This document shows, piece by piece, positions 39,705 through 52,921 of a stretch of DNA of 64,000 nt. The notes beneath the pieces were generated by a model. The model did no database searches, was not told the origin of the DNA, and saw only the letters and a program-made list of their open reading frames with translations. Within the stretch, counting starts at the first letter, position 1. Every line of letters starts with the position of its first letter. Made by a program: the position numbers and the translations under genes. Location of the stretch: assembly GCA_964016885.1 (NCBI GenBank), contig OZ024742.1, forward strand, positions 220,038,001 through 220,102,000, written 5' to 3'. The stretch comes from Eledone cirrhosa (lineage: Eukaryota).

Positions 39705-40303
39705 ACACACACATACACACACACACATATACATATATATATATATATATATTTGTTGCAAACATATATAAACACACACTGGTAAACTAAGATAGAATAC
39801 TATTACCAAAACACAGTCAGCCAAATGCAAACACACACCAAACAGTATACACGCAAAGAAGAAGACAAACATAAATAAATAAACAGATAAAATAAAGATG
39901 GCAACTATATATGTGTGTTTATATCTATATTATATCTGTATTTTTGACAGTTGGTCAGTCAATGGTAAACATTGAGGACCGAATGAATTAACTGTGGAGA
40001 TATGAAAGATACAGAAGTGAAAACCAACCAAACAGTGTGTGTGTTCTGTTATTATTTCTGGTAATATTATTACAACAATATGACCCTCCCCAAGTATAAA
40101 AATATATATATATATAACGAAGGAAGTGTGGTAAGGTACCAGATGGACCCTAATGCACCAGAGTACTCAATACTTAGGGTAGTAGAGTGGGTAATAGGAA
40201 AAAGTTTAACCCCGACAGCAGAGCTCAAGCTATTTCTGGACTCACATAGCCGTCCAGAAATAGCGGTCGAAACGGCTTGAGCTCTGCCATCAGGGTTAAA
40301 CTT

Positions 40304-40334
<31 letters not shown>

Positions 40335-40335
<1 letters not shown>

Positions 40336-41735
40336 CATCATCATCATCGTTTAATATCCATCTTCCATGCTTGCATCGGTTTGGACGGGAATTTTCCCTC
40401 TTGAGGCAAGATTGGTTGTCTTGCTCGTATAGGACTGTCTGGCGGGTTTTCTACGGCTAGATGCCCTTCCTAACACCAACCACATTTACAGTGTGGACTG
40501 GGAGGTTTTTACCGTGTTACCTACATGGCCACATTACAGCATGGACTGTGTGTTTTTTTGTCGTGACACCTACACGACCTCATTTATTTCGGACTGAATG
40601 TTGTGGTACTAACATAACTTTACATCGAAAGGGGTGGTGTGGATGGGGTGGGGGTAGTGGGACGAGGGTGTATTTTTGTTAAGAGGTGCCTACTGACTGT
40701 AGGTTTCGCTTTGTACGTAGGCAAGGCGGGTCTTCTGTATTAATGTGTAGCACCAAAGATCTTGGTCCAGTGACATTGTCTTGGAGAGGTGTGAGTGTGA
40801 GGTCGGAATTTATCAAGTCGTCCCAGGTTTTTCTGGGTCTGCCCACTCCGTGGCTACCGTCTATTTTTATCGCCCTGCACTTTTTTATACAGCTGTCGTC
40901 TTTCATGCGCATCACGTGACCATACCAACGTAGTCTTCCTCGAGTTAACAACATCTGATCCCTCTTAATCCTAATTTCTCCCTTAGTTCATTTATCCTTT
41001 GCCGTTCAAGTATATTACTATTACACATCCAACGGAGCATGCAAGCTTCTTTTCTCTCCAGTCTGCGTATATTCTCTGCACACAATGCCCAAACCTCACT
41101 GCCATGTAACATTGCTGTTTGTATGCAGGCATCATACAGCCTGCCTTTCATTTTTAGAAAGAACCTTTAGCGGCCAATAGTGGTATAAGCTCTCTGAACT
41201 TTTTCCACCCCGTTCTGACTCTAGCTACTGTACTTTCAGAGCACCCTCCACCACTGCTGATTTTCTCACCCAAGTAACGGAAGGTGTCCACTATTTCTAT
41301 AGAACCATCTGTGCAATGGAATGAGCTAGTATTCTGTGGGCACTTGCTGCTACTTATTGCACCTGAGCACCGGCCACATATAAAATCTATATTCTTTGTT
41401 AGCTTACTTGTGATCCCACTACATCTTTTATGCACCCATACTTTGCATTTGGGACATAAAATGGAGTTTCTGCCTACTCCTTTCCTACACACTGAGCATG
41501 GCCATTTCCCAGATGGGACCAGTGCCCTATTTTCCTTCCTACAAACTAGAACTTTAGTCTTAGACAGGTTAATTTTAAGGCCTTTTGATTCTAGGCCATG
41601 CTTCCATGTTTGGAATTTCTTCTCTAGTTCAGCCATTGATTCAGCTATGAGCGTTAGATCATCTGTGTATAGGAGTTCCCATGGGCAGCCGGTCTTGAAC
41701 TCCTCTGTTATAGCCTGAAGGGCAATAATAAATAG
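40335..41735 (-). mobile_element. RTE-PHD LINE, 5'-truncated and frameshifted, in (TA)n
   Basis: ORFs 41154-41783, 40945-41151 and 40679-40954 are colinear with 29498-30832; YTDD replaces YADD. Confidence 0.93.
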
Positions 41736-41999
41736 GATATATATATATACACACACATACATATATATATGCATATGTTGCACCCCATTTTCTCTAATGA
41801 CTTACTAACACATTCCACAAGCTACTTTAAAATTTCTGTTTAACTCCCCTTCAATTTGTACACCAGAAATGTGCACATGTATGTGTATTTGTATATCACT
41901 CATTATCTAGTAATTTTGACCATAAGAAATTTGAGGATGTCTGCATTCTGGATTTACTATATAAGCATGACTTGTCCATAGAACCTCAGTTTTTCCCAA

Positions 42000-42715
42000 A
42001 ACTTCTTTGAGTAGCTTGGCATCCCACGAAGTCTCACTAATGTTGCACTCTATTGCCACAATGCCAAGCTGATGCTATCTCTCAAATTCATCATTGAGGA
42101 GTACGAAGTCAGAAAAGCAAGGTTTTTTACAATGGTTGAGAACTCAGAACACAAGATCGGGAGGTCAGTTCGGCCCAAGCTTATGCAGAGCAGCACTAGC
42201 CCCAGGCAGATACACATGGAGACACTATCAAATGCTGAAGAAGATTGTACATGTGATAAGTAAGGCAAAAGTAAAACCCATAGTACAAGAATTTCCAATA
42301 ACACTCTATATGGCAGAAGGCAGCAAATCATGGCCAGGAACAGAGCAGGGGATTGAGTCTTCTGGGTGATGTGGACGACTGGGAATGTACAGGCAGACCT
42401 ACCAGGGTCAGCAAAACAATCAGAAATCATCAGTAGAGTGGTTTGAGGCTGGATATCGTACTCCATTCCAGTTCATTAAAACAGCTGTTTTTGGTTGAAT
42501 TTACCATGCCATTTGAAAGTAAATTAGAAAAAGGTACATGTACTCAAGACTGAAAAATATGCCAGTTTGACCAACAGCCTGAGGCTTTGTGGGCAAATCT
42601 CCCTACAATCTTATGATACAACTTTCAGTCTCAGGGAAAGATAGGACCAAAGCCCTAAAGGCAGTATCAGAGGCAACAGAGAGGAGTTCCAGCTGGATCA
42701 GGTTGAAGAAGAACT
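42000..42715 (+). pseudogene. HERO-like (RLE-bearing) non-LTR retrotransposon C-terminal relic
   Basis: LGIPRSLTNVALYCHNAKL..EEY, SGLRLDIVLHS, LVEFTMPFE, KTEKYASL, GFVGKS and KALKAVSEATERSSSWI correspond to the RPD..ELTVPWE..KY..GF RLE tail. Confidence 0.72.
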
Positions 42716-44904
42716 AAAACGACCTCCATACCATGTGAGAGGCATCGTATTTGTATTCTAACACATGCTAAAGGAAGTAACTCTGAGTGAGTCAGGGTTT
42801 GTAGTGTTGGCGACAGCGTCAGTGATACTGTTGATGTCTCACTGCTACTATGACTACCAATGCAAGAAAGTGTTTAAATACAAGTTTGAAAGTAATGTAG
42901 GGGAGTTTCAGCTAGATCCTGTCAAAAAAATCTTCATACAGTTTAAATACACAGCAAGTCTCTGATTTCTGAATGGTTGAATGTCAGCAGAAGGGCACCC
43001 AGGACTCATGACCTGGATGCAGCATGGCCCCCTTAGAGTGTAAGAAGTTAAGGGCTGAAACTCTCACTTGAGGGGGATTTCTTCTCTGAAGACCTGTTGT
43101 CCAGCTCTCCTGAGAGTTTTTTTTACCACTCAATGCAAGGGAGTGGATTAAGAAATATGTAATAATTCTGCTTTCATTGAAACATGTGTTAGAAACCATA
43201 TTGTGAATAAATGTTTCTTCAAATTTCAACAAATCTTACCTGGTTTTTCTAGTGCCTTGTTCATAGTGTATCTATGTGTGTGTCACTATATCTCTACATG
43301 CATCTTCATAGCCAGTAATGGTGTTATTTGATGTTCCACATAAACAATACACCCTGCAGTTTAATAGTTTGACAAAGGTTAGCAGTATATACCATTCTTG
43401 AAAATAAAGTGTAATGGCAGCATCAGGAAAGGCATTCAGCCATCAAAAAACTGCCTTAAAATATCTCATCCAACCCATACCAGCATGGAAAAGTGGATGT
43501 AAAAATGATAATGATGAAAAATTGAGATATAATTTTATAAATATCATACAACAGTTTTCTATCAATTCATTTTCTCAATATTTTGTTTTATTCTTTCTCA
43601 TAAGTTTACAAATATCCATGTACTCTTCCATGAAAATAAATCAATGGCTCACAAATATATATATATATATATATATATGTGTGTTTTCCTTCCCACTTGT
43701 ATATTTTCATAGGCAATTTATGGCTTAGAATTGGAGAAATAAGGGGGGAAAAAGAAAAACAAAAAGATTATGTACTGTTTTGTTGCTAAGCAAAATTTAC
43801 AAAATATGGTAGGAAGAATGAAATTTGAGGAAGTTGCAAATAAATGTGAGAGTTTAATTTATTTATCAATTGAAGTGGCTTGTAAATCCACCCTTCTCCA
43901 CTCCTAACCTTCTGATATATCTTTAGTAATATTTGCCAGTGACATGGAGATGGACCTCATAGTTTGATTTAAAATGCTACACTATCCCTTTTAGAAGAAA
44001 ATTTTGGACCAAGAATTTTTAATCCTGTCATACATAGAATAAAATGTGCATTTCATTGAAACCCTAAGTATCCATTTTTATTTTTCATGAGTAGAGTGTT
44101 GATGATGATGATGTTCTCCATTATGGAACATTTGCAGGGTACTTTAAAGATATTGTCACCATCATTTAACTTCCATTTTTCCCTGTCAACAAAGAGTTGG
44201 ATGGTTGTCACAAACCAAGAATGTACTTAATCAAAGCCACTGACTTCTCAGGTGGGCTGAGAGCCTGCATCTCATTTACATACATTCCTACATTTTATTA
44301 AGTGCACTGTGCAGTGTATCATGGTACCAGCAATAGGAAAGCCATCATATCTTTGACATAACTGAAGAGCCCTTTTTAATCTGTTTAAAAGTTTTCTACA
44401 GCTGGTTGTCTTATCTATCATTTTATCATGTCACCAACACTAGAGAGATTGCTGTGCCCTTGACACAATTAGAGAGTCCTCTTGATATATTTATTTTTAT
44501 CATTAGAGTGATGAATTGGCAGAAATATTAAAGTATAAGGCAAAATGTCTCGTGGTATTTAGCTAATAGCCTGTTATGGTTAATGTTCAAATCCCACCAA
44601 TGTTGACTTTATTTTTCATCCTGTTGGGGTTGATAGAATAAATACCAGTCAAGTATTGGCCTTCATTTAATCAACTAAGCTCCTCTCTCTAAGTTTCTTA
44701 CCACATACCTATGCTAGTAATTATAGTTAAGCATGTTAACAGGGTGAAATAATTATTTTTATTCTCAGTTCAAATAATGCTAGGACTGACTGAAGAAATA
44801 AGATTCAGATTGAAGAAATAAGATTCAGCTGTGCTTATATTAGAGCTCTTTTGTTCAAATTTATAGCTATCTACCAACATATGAAATTACTAATAGTATG
44901 TTGT

Positions 44905-45530
44905 AAGGGCAGTGAATTGGTAGTATCAGTAGAATATTGGACAATATACTTTGCAGCATTGCCAAGGTTAGCTTTATCTTTCATCCTTATGGGGTCAATA
45001 AAATAAAGCACCAGTAATGCCAGTGCATCTAATCAGATGACTCTAAAAATCAAGATAGCTTTGTACAATACTTTGGTCATCTAGTTGACACCTATGCTAG
45101 TAAAACATGGAAGATGACAGCAAGATTTGCCCACAAGCTAGATGTATTCCACCAGAGATACCTGTGAAAAATTCTTAACATCTCCTGACTAGACAAAATA
45201 GCCACTAAGCATCACAGTGAAAGATCGTCATCTGAGAATTCTTGGACATGTCTTTAGAATGCCATCAACAAGACACACAAGGCTCTCCCTTGACTGGAAG
45301 CCAGAAGGTGGAAAGGTAACGTGGACAACCATTAACAACAGGATCTAGATGTGGAAGAACTGATCTGGGAAGATGTCAAATCTCTTGCAGAAGACTGCAG
45401 AGGATGGAGATCTGTTGTTGCTGCCTAATGTTCCATGTGGAATGGAAAGACCTAACTAATGCATTGGGGTCAATTTAATCGACTTTCCCCTCCCTCTAAA
45501 ATTGTTGGCCTTGTGCCAAATATAGAAACC
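44905..45530 (+). mobile_element. SINE B interrupted by an RTE-like LINE 3' fragment (45021-45456)
   Basis: SINE halves join at the duplicated TAATGC (45015-45020 / 45457-45462). The insert encodes LRILGHVFRMP..LDWKPEG. Confidence 0.75.
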
Positions 45531-46139
45531 CTTATTATTATTATGTTGTGTTGCATTTTAGTGGTTAACTATGATAGCCTTGTATGTTTTTAGGGAATGT
45601 CAGAATAATATTAGCAAAATGAAACAGTGTCATGGCTGAAGTGTATTAACATGGAAAGACATTAAACAAACAAAAATACATTTACCTAATATATTATTAA
45701 AATAGAATATTAAAAGGGGAATTAGAATCAAATAAAGAACGCCTCTTAAAAGTCTATCTAATTCTTATTACAGCATATATCTAATAGATGTTTGTATGTG
45801 AAAGCTTCACAAGTTTCTGAACATAATTAATAATGTAGAATCACTGATGTAATGTTAGCAACTTAGGCAATTATCATTTTTTTTTTTTTTCCATTTACTC
45901 ATTCATATACATCACACTTCCATACCAGAACAGTCGTATCCCTTGCACACTACATTCAATTTCTCAAATACCAATTTTTTACTCTCTGCTCATCCATGAG
46001 CAAACAGAGGACGATGAAAACAAGTGAAGATTGTGCTGATCTAAAGCTGGATCCCAGCTTAACCTCAAAGTCCTTCCATGTCTTAACTTTGGACACCTTT
46101 CTGTCTCTGCTGTAATTTTTCATGCCTGCTTGTACAGCA

Positions 46140-47720
46140 AGTGCAAGAAGGAGGACTTATTTCCAAGCCAAGTTTTGTAGGCCATTTCATCTAGCAAAGA
46201 AGGAGGCCTACAAAGCTTGGTTTGGAAATAAGTCCTCCTCCTTGTACCTGGGGTATAAGCAGGCAGAAAAAGTCACAGCAGGCACAGTAAAAGCATCCAA
46301 TGTTAAGACAAGGGAAGACTTTTGGGTTAAGCTGGAATCCAACTTCAGATCAGTAAATAAAGTGTCCTGGAAGACCATCTGCTGACTTTGTAATAAGAAG
46401 CTCTCCTCCACACCTGCTATCAAGAAAACATCTGGGTGCATCCTCATGAGGCGGAGAGAATACTTTACTGATCTCCTAAACTCATCACAACAGCAGCTTC
46501 TGATGTACACAAGGTGCCTGAGGGAGTGATGACTAATCTCTTTGAGGCTGAAGTTACAAAAGTAATTAAAGAGTTCAAATGTGACAAGGCTGTTGGGGAA
46601 GATGAAATTTGTCCTGAGATCTTAAAAAGCTTAAATAGAGAAGGTATTCTCTAGCTGACTTGCGTGAGTCAGCTGGCCTGAATCTCTGGAAAGACACCTA
46701 AGAATGGCAATCGGGAGTGATAATACCAATTTTCAAATAGGGAAACAAAGGAGATTGCTCTAATTATTGAGGGATTTCCTTGTTAAGCCTCCCTGGTAAA
46801 GTCTATGCTAAGTATCTGGCAAAAAGATGCAGGGAGATTGTCGTGTCCAAGCTAACTGATGAACAGTGTGGTTTTCATCCTGGATGGGGCACAGCTGACT
46901 GGTCTTTGAGAAATCGTAGGAGTAATGCTAAGAGGTGTATTATTGCTTTGTTTGCTTGAAAAGGCATATGACTGCATTCCACAGGACCTCTTGTGGAAGG
47001 TTCTGCAGGAGTATGAGATTGATTGTCAGCTTCTTGTTGCCCTGATATCTCGATATGAATGCCTGAGTATTTGTGTTCAGATAAATGGTGCTAAATTGAA
47101 ACCATTCAATATGTGTGTCTGACTCTGCCAAGGGTGTGTACTGTCACCTATCCTGTTCATTATTTTCATAAGGATTATTATGCACAGCTGAGTTGGAAGT
47201 GGTATCAAGACTGGCAGGTGTAAAATCAGTCGGCTGGAATTGGAATTTTGCAGATGACATGGTATTACTTAACTCATCAGAAAGAGACACACACTTGATG
47301 TGTTTGATGCTGAGCACTGCATGGCTGGAATGAAAAACAGTGCTGCTACATATGAATGGAGTTCCACTGAAGCAGATAGAGAAGTTCAAGTACCTAGGAG
47401 GCATGTTCTTCAGTAATGGAAGGCAGGAGCCAGAATTAAGTGCAAGAATTGTAAGAGCAGTTATGCACCAGCTTCAGCATTCAGTAATCAGAAGAAGGTA
47501 GGTAGGTGTAAAAGCCAAACTTGTTATCTTCAATTTGGTATTCGTGTCAACCCTTACCTATGGTGAGGAATCTTGTATTTGTGATCGTATTCTTTCAGTT
47601 ATTACACAAGTGGTGAAAATGGGGTTCCTCCAAGCCTCTACTTCTCTGAATTGGAAGATCACAACTCCAATATTATGGACATGTGGTTAGAATGTCTCAG
47701 AGAAGAATTTCTGGTCTTGC
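46140..47720 (+). pseudogene. decayed Expander/RTE-like LINE RT region without PHD insert
   Basis: NY*GISLLSLPGKVYA, EQCGF, LEKAYD, QGCVLSPILF, FADD and FKYLG with many stops and frameshifts. Confidence 0.85.
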
Positions 47721-48484
47721 TTGGAGATCCAGCCAGATCAATTGGAGAGGGTTGCTTTTGATAGGACTCACTGGAAGGAGTGTTTGAGGACTCTGCCCCC
47801 ATGACCATCTCAGGAATAAGTGAGTGAAGAAGAAGAAAAAGTTCATCCGTGCCAGTCATCTCGCCCTGATTTTCTTAAGGATGACCAGATAACAGACTCT
47901 GGTACTCTGTTAAAAGCCTTTTCCAGAGTTACAAAAGCTAGAAACTTCTCTTGTAGTTGTCTTACTAAGAAGGCATCTGTGTTACTCCTTCTTGAGTTTA
48001 TTTCTTCTCTCAAAACTTTACGTGGTTTACAGTATTAACTTCAAAATACATTCTAAGTTTAGAAATATTGCCACCCTTAACAATTAAGCAGAACCCAGGT
48101 TAACTACAAGACACTAATGGTACAATCGATATATTCTAAGCCAATGGAATGGCACAAAGAGTAACATCCTGAACAAAATATCTCAAATTATTTAGTTAGG
48201 CTCTTTGACAGTCAGTGATCACATCTAGACAGACTAAATTTTAATTCCATCTGACAAGGTTGAGAATATAAATACTTATTTTAGAATTGATTTAATTATC
48301 TACACCATTTTACCAACAAACCTCCTGTTAATGTAAGAAAATCAGTATCCCCATTGCATATGTGTTCAGATTTTCACTATGATATGGAGTAAACAGTTGT
48401 ATTTCAGAAAATACAACACTTTCATATTCTGAAATACAATTCATATCTTAGCCCTCCTATGTCTCCATTCACTTCTCCCTCTTC

Positions 48485-49080
48485 CTATTCTTCCTCCTCC
48501 TCATTTTCTTTGCCCTGAGAGGGCTGTAGGGGCAGAGTCCTCAGATACACCGTCCAGAGAGTCTTATCAAAAGCAATCATCTTCAAATGATTTGTCTGGA
48601 TTCTTAAGTGAGACCAACCAAGCACAAGGATGTTATCCATCCATCTTGCTTGGGTTCTACCCCTGGATTTCCTGCTGGTTGGTTTTTGCCCATAAAATAT
48701 GTCCAACAATTCTTTTTTTAGACATTATAACCATATGTCCATAGTATTGGGGATGTGATCTCTTGATTCAGAGAAGTAGTTGCTCTATCTGGAGCGAATC
48801 CTTGATCTCCAAGCTACACACCCTATTAAAAAAGAAACGATCGACTTTCGTCAAATTGGACCGAGGGAACAATGTTTCCGTTGGTCTTTCTAATTGCTAA
48901 TACTATCTATCGGTCGCAACTCCAGGTAGAAGGAGCAACGTGAAATAAAGTGTCTTGCTCAAGGACATAACGCATCACCTGGTCCAGGAATCAAACTCAC
49001 AACCTTACGATTGTGAATCCAATTCTCTAACCACTCAGCCACACACCTTCACCCTATTGAGTAACGTTATTCCAAAGACC
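48485..49080 (-). mobile_element. Expander-like RTE 3' fragment with nested SINE C
   Basis: RKSRGRTQARW..LGWSHLRI..LPLQP segment and GAG/GAA tail. Confidence 0.7.
48828..49049 (-). mobile_element. SINE family C with 9-bp TSD
   Basis: TSD CACCCTATT at 48819-48827 and 49050-49058; tRNA-like head TGGCTGAGTGGTTAG. Confidence 0.88.
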
Positions 49081-50190
49081 CTTCTATTATTTAATTATAT
49101 AACATATGAAAAATAGCACAGTATACACTAAATAATGGATTAATCAATATTTCAGTCTTTCTTAACTTAAATGTTCATATGAAACTCAAATTAAGTAACT
49201 TCTCTCCACACAGTTTGTGCCCGTTTCCCTTGTTCTCAGAGCAGGATTTATAGGAGACAAAGATGGTGACTGCCATCTCCTCCCAGGTCTATATCCAGCC
49301 CTGCATATTCTATATTCTCTGGATCACTTTTCCATATCATTATATATTTAATTGCTACATCATACACCCTGCTCTTTATACAAAAAGGGAACATACTTCT
49401 TTATGTAAAATTTATTAGCTTTTATAAACAGAATTCAGATGTTGTCAATAATTTATCCTTCAATTTTAGCTGAGTTACATATGCATATTTTAGATGTATG
49501 ATTTTATATGAGTAACTGAGATATCTTTGTTCTAACCTTTTAACATTTACATTACACTATATTTACTATTGTTTTACATAATATTGAATCTATAACATTT
49601 TGATATTATTTATTTTGAGAACAATAACCTTAACATCAGTATGAGTGGCCAGTTACAGTTGGTTTGAACAGAAAGAGGTGAGAGAATTCTAGCCGGATAT
49701 GGCCGATTTAAATGCTAAAGGGTTATGTTTGCTTTCTATGCAGGCATATGTTTGGCAGGTTACTACAATCTTCCTTCTTATTTTACTGCTCTGCTAGACA
49801 AGTCAGAGTACAATATTTCATTCATATATTCAAATTTATGGCAGAATGCTCTTCCTAACACCAACCACTATGCAGAGTGTATTGAGTACATTTTACTGTG
49901 GCACAAACACTGTAGAAGTTTTTTTATGTTTTTGGAAAGTCTAAATAGTCCTCTCTAGCCTATGATGTTTTTGTTCGATCATCAACTACTTTCCGAAGAG
50001 TATTGGGTATGTATTATCATGGTATCAAGACTAAAAAGGTTACCTTGCCTCCCACCCCTACTAGGCTAAACAGTTGTCTCTACACCCCAAGAACAGGAAG
50101 ATAATAACCAAGAGAAGAGAGTAGGAATATGAGTGTAGAAGGGTGTGGAAGGGACGGGAGAAGGATAGTAGCAGTTAGATTTTATATATA

Positions 50191-50534
50191 TCATCATCAT
50201 CATCATCATCATTTTACGTCCGCTTTTCCCTGCTTGCAAGGGTGGGACAGGAACTGATTCTGGCTTGGTTTCTACAGCTGGATGCCCTTCCTAACACCAA
50301 CCTCATTTATAGTGAGTGCTGGATGCTTTTTACCCGTGGCACCTCCACGACCACTTTGCAGTGGAATGATAGGGACCCCAGTCCCTATCATCTCATTTCT
50401 ACAGCTGAGTAAACTGGAGCAATGTGAAATAAAGTGTCTTGCTCAAGGAAACAACACATCACCCGGTCCGAGAATTCAACTCACACCCTTTCGATTGCAA
50501 GGCCAATGCTCTAACCGCTAAGCCATATGCCTCC
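50191..50534 (-). mobile_element. SINE A
   Basis: Full-length match to the other copies. Confidence 0.9.
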
Positions 50535-51171
50535 ATAGCTGAATCAATGGCTGAATTAGAGAAGAAATTCCAAACATGGAAGCATGGCCTAGAATCAAAA
50601 GGCCTTAAAGTTAGGGCACCGGTCCTATCTGGGAAATGGTCATGCTCAGTGTGTAGGAAAGGAGTAGGCAGAAACTCTATTTTATGTCCCAAATGCAAAG
50701 TATGGGTGCATAAAAGATGTAGTGGGATCACAAGTAAGCTAACAAAGAATATAGATTTTATATGTGGCCGGTGCTCTGGTGCAATAAGTAGCAGCAAGTG
50801 CCCACAGAATACTAACTCATTCCATTGCACAGATGGTTCTATAGAAATAGTGGACACCTTCCATTACCTGGGTGACAAAATCAGCAGTAGGGGAGGGTGC
50901 TCTGAAAGTACAGTAGCTAGAGTCAGAACGGGATGGAAAAAGTTCAGAGAGCTTATACCACTATTGGCCGCTAAAGGGTTCTCTCTAAAAATGAAAGGCA
51001 GGCTGTATGATTCCTGCATACGAACAGCAATGTTGCATGGCAGTGAGACCTGGGCATTGTGTGCAGAGGATATACGCAGACTGGAGAGAAACGAAGCTTG
51101 CATGCTCCGCTGGATGTGTAATAGTAATATACGTGAACGGCAAAGCATAAACGAACTAAGGGAGAAATTAG
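50535..51171 (+). mobile_element. internal RTE-PHD LINE fragment with no 3' tail and a short in-frame deletion
   Basis: IAESMAELEKK...REKLG nearly identical to the 40335-41735 copy. Confidence 0.92.
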
Positions 51172-51946
51172 GTTCTTTTCTTTTGTGTACTTTATATATG
51201 TTTTTCTTGGTTTTGTTCCATGTGATGGAAATTACGACTATGTACCCAATTGACTACTACCCATAATACTGTAATTTACCCTCAGTTCTACTGTACGGCA
51301 CCATCGTTCAGTATGTAGATAGGGTAACTGTAAGATTAGGACCCCTTTCAGAACTTCTTACTTAAACATCTCTCTGCATATTATTTACTCACTTCAATCT
51401 ATATTTTTTTCCTACTCACCTCAATCTGGATTCTCACTTGAAAAATCTTTAATTGTTTAATTTCTATTTGTTAATTTTTTAATTTATAATTTCTGATACT
51501 TTATTTAGGATTTTCGATTTTAAATTGTAATTTTTAGTTCTAATTTCACTTATAACTTCCAATATGAAACTATGATACATAGAATTAAAAATATATACTC
51601 TTAGGGGTTGATGGTCAGTTATTAGTGAGAGGTAGTAAATACTAACACTCTCCCATCCCCACTGGCTTTCAGCTGACTGCCACAGATGGGATGGGTAGCA
51701 GTAAACTATGGTGCCGGCTTGGATGGGTCATTGTCTGGCTGAGAGAGGGAACTGACCAAGCGAATTTCGTTTAAATCTGCGGTAGCTAATGGTCAACTTC
51801 CCCCTGGACCTGTGCCTGCGCAGACCAGTGGGGGTGAATTGGTACTCAGAGGGGAATGGATGAAGAACCCAAAAGCACATACTTCGTCTGTTCCCATGTC
51901 GGTTCAATTTGGATTGCCTGGGAAACATAACCTTATTATGTAACAA

Positions 51947-52020
51947 GCTGCCTGACGATGTCGCGAAACTGGCACACAGAACAGAGTGGCCACTTTCGCC
52001 ATTGAAATATATATCACAGC
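51947..52020 (+). ncRNA. type I hammerhead-like motif with extended stem II
   Basis: GCTGC-CTGACGA-[GCGAAACTGGC...GCCACTTTCGC hairpin]-GAAA-TATATA-TC-ACAGC; one stem I mismatch next to the core. Confidence 0.55.
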
Positions 52021-52148
52021 ATTATTATTAAAGGACTTGAACATCTGAAACTACTTCGCTTTTGCTTATTCGATATTTACTCTATCACTCCTATGTGGAA
52101 TGAGTACGTTGAGTGCTTGATTTGAATTGCATCAATGTTTACCCTAAG

Positions 52149-52186
<38 letters not shown>

Positions 52187-52233
52187 TATATATATACACA
52201 TATATAAAATCTAACTACTACTATCCTTCTCCC

Positions 52234-52268
<35 letters not shown>

Positions 52269-52666
52269 GTAGGAGGTGAGTTTTATTGTAGCACAATAAA
52301 GCATAAATAGTATACTTAATTTCTATATCTGTAATCATAAACATCATCATTCATAAACCTCATTAACTTTTTATTTTTTTATTTTTTTATTTATTTAATT
52401 TATTTATAAATTTACAACCGTTTTTTCAGTTATTTCTCTGTGGAGACAGCGTTTCTCAGTTTAAATGTTTATCTCTCTCTCTTTCTCTCTCCTTCTTCCT
52501 TCTTATAATCTTCCTCTGTTATCCTTTCCTTTCTTCTTCTTCCTTACTTTTTCCCCTCTCTTTCCTTTTTTCCAATCTCCTATATCCTTTTAAATTTATT
52601 TATCATATGTTGATTAGACACTACCTTGCTCACAAATGTTTTTTTAAGCTTCATATCATGTCTCCC

Positions 52667-52737
52667 TGTTTTATCTGATGAGAACGCAAATATCGTCCCA
52701 GGATGATATTTGTTTTTGAAATGCGCGTAATAAAATA
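52667..52737 (+). ncRNA. minimal type I hammerhead ribozyme motif
   Basis: TGTTTTAT-CTGATGA-GAACGCAAATATC...GATATTTGTTTTT-GAAA-TGCGCG-TA-ATAAAATA; homologous to 6274-6344. Confidence 0.78.
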
Positions 52738-52921
52738 CATGGAATTTTTTTAACCAACTTTTAATTTCTTCTTATATATATATATATATATGTATATTTT
52801 ATTTTTTTTCCTACAATACCAGCCGTAAAATCGTTTAGTATGCAAATGAGACTAATCAGCCAATGTATACTTTAGAAAATACTATATTTTTGAACTATTC
52901 AACAGAGTGGCATAGAGGTAT

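Noticed and set aside
43240-43354. Possible minus-strand exon (CAG acceptor, CAG|GTAAG donor)
   Set aside because: All three frames contain stops. It could be a non-coding exon, but the sequence alone cannot support that.
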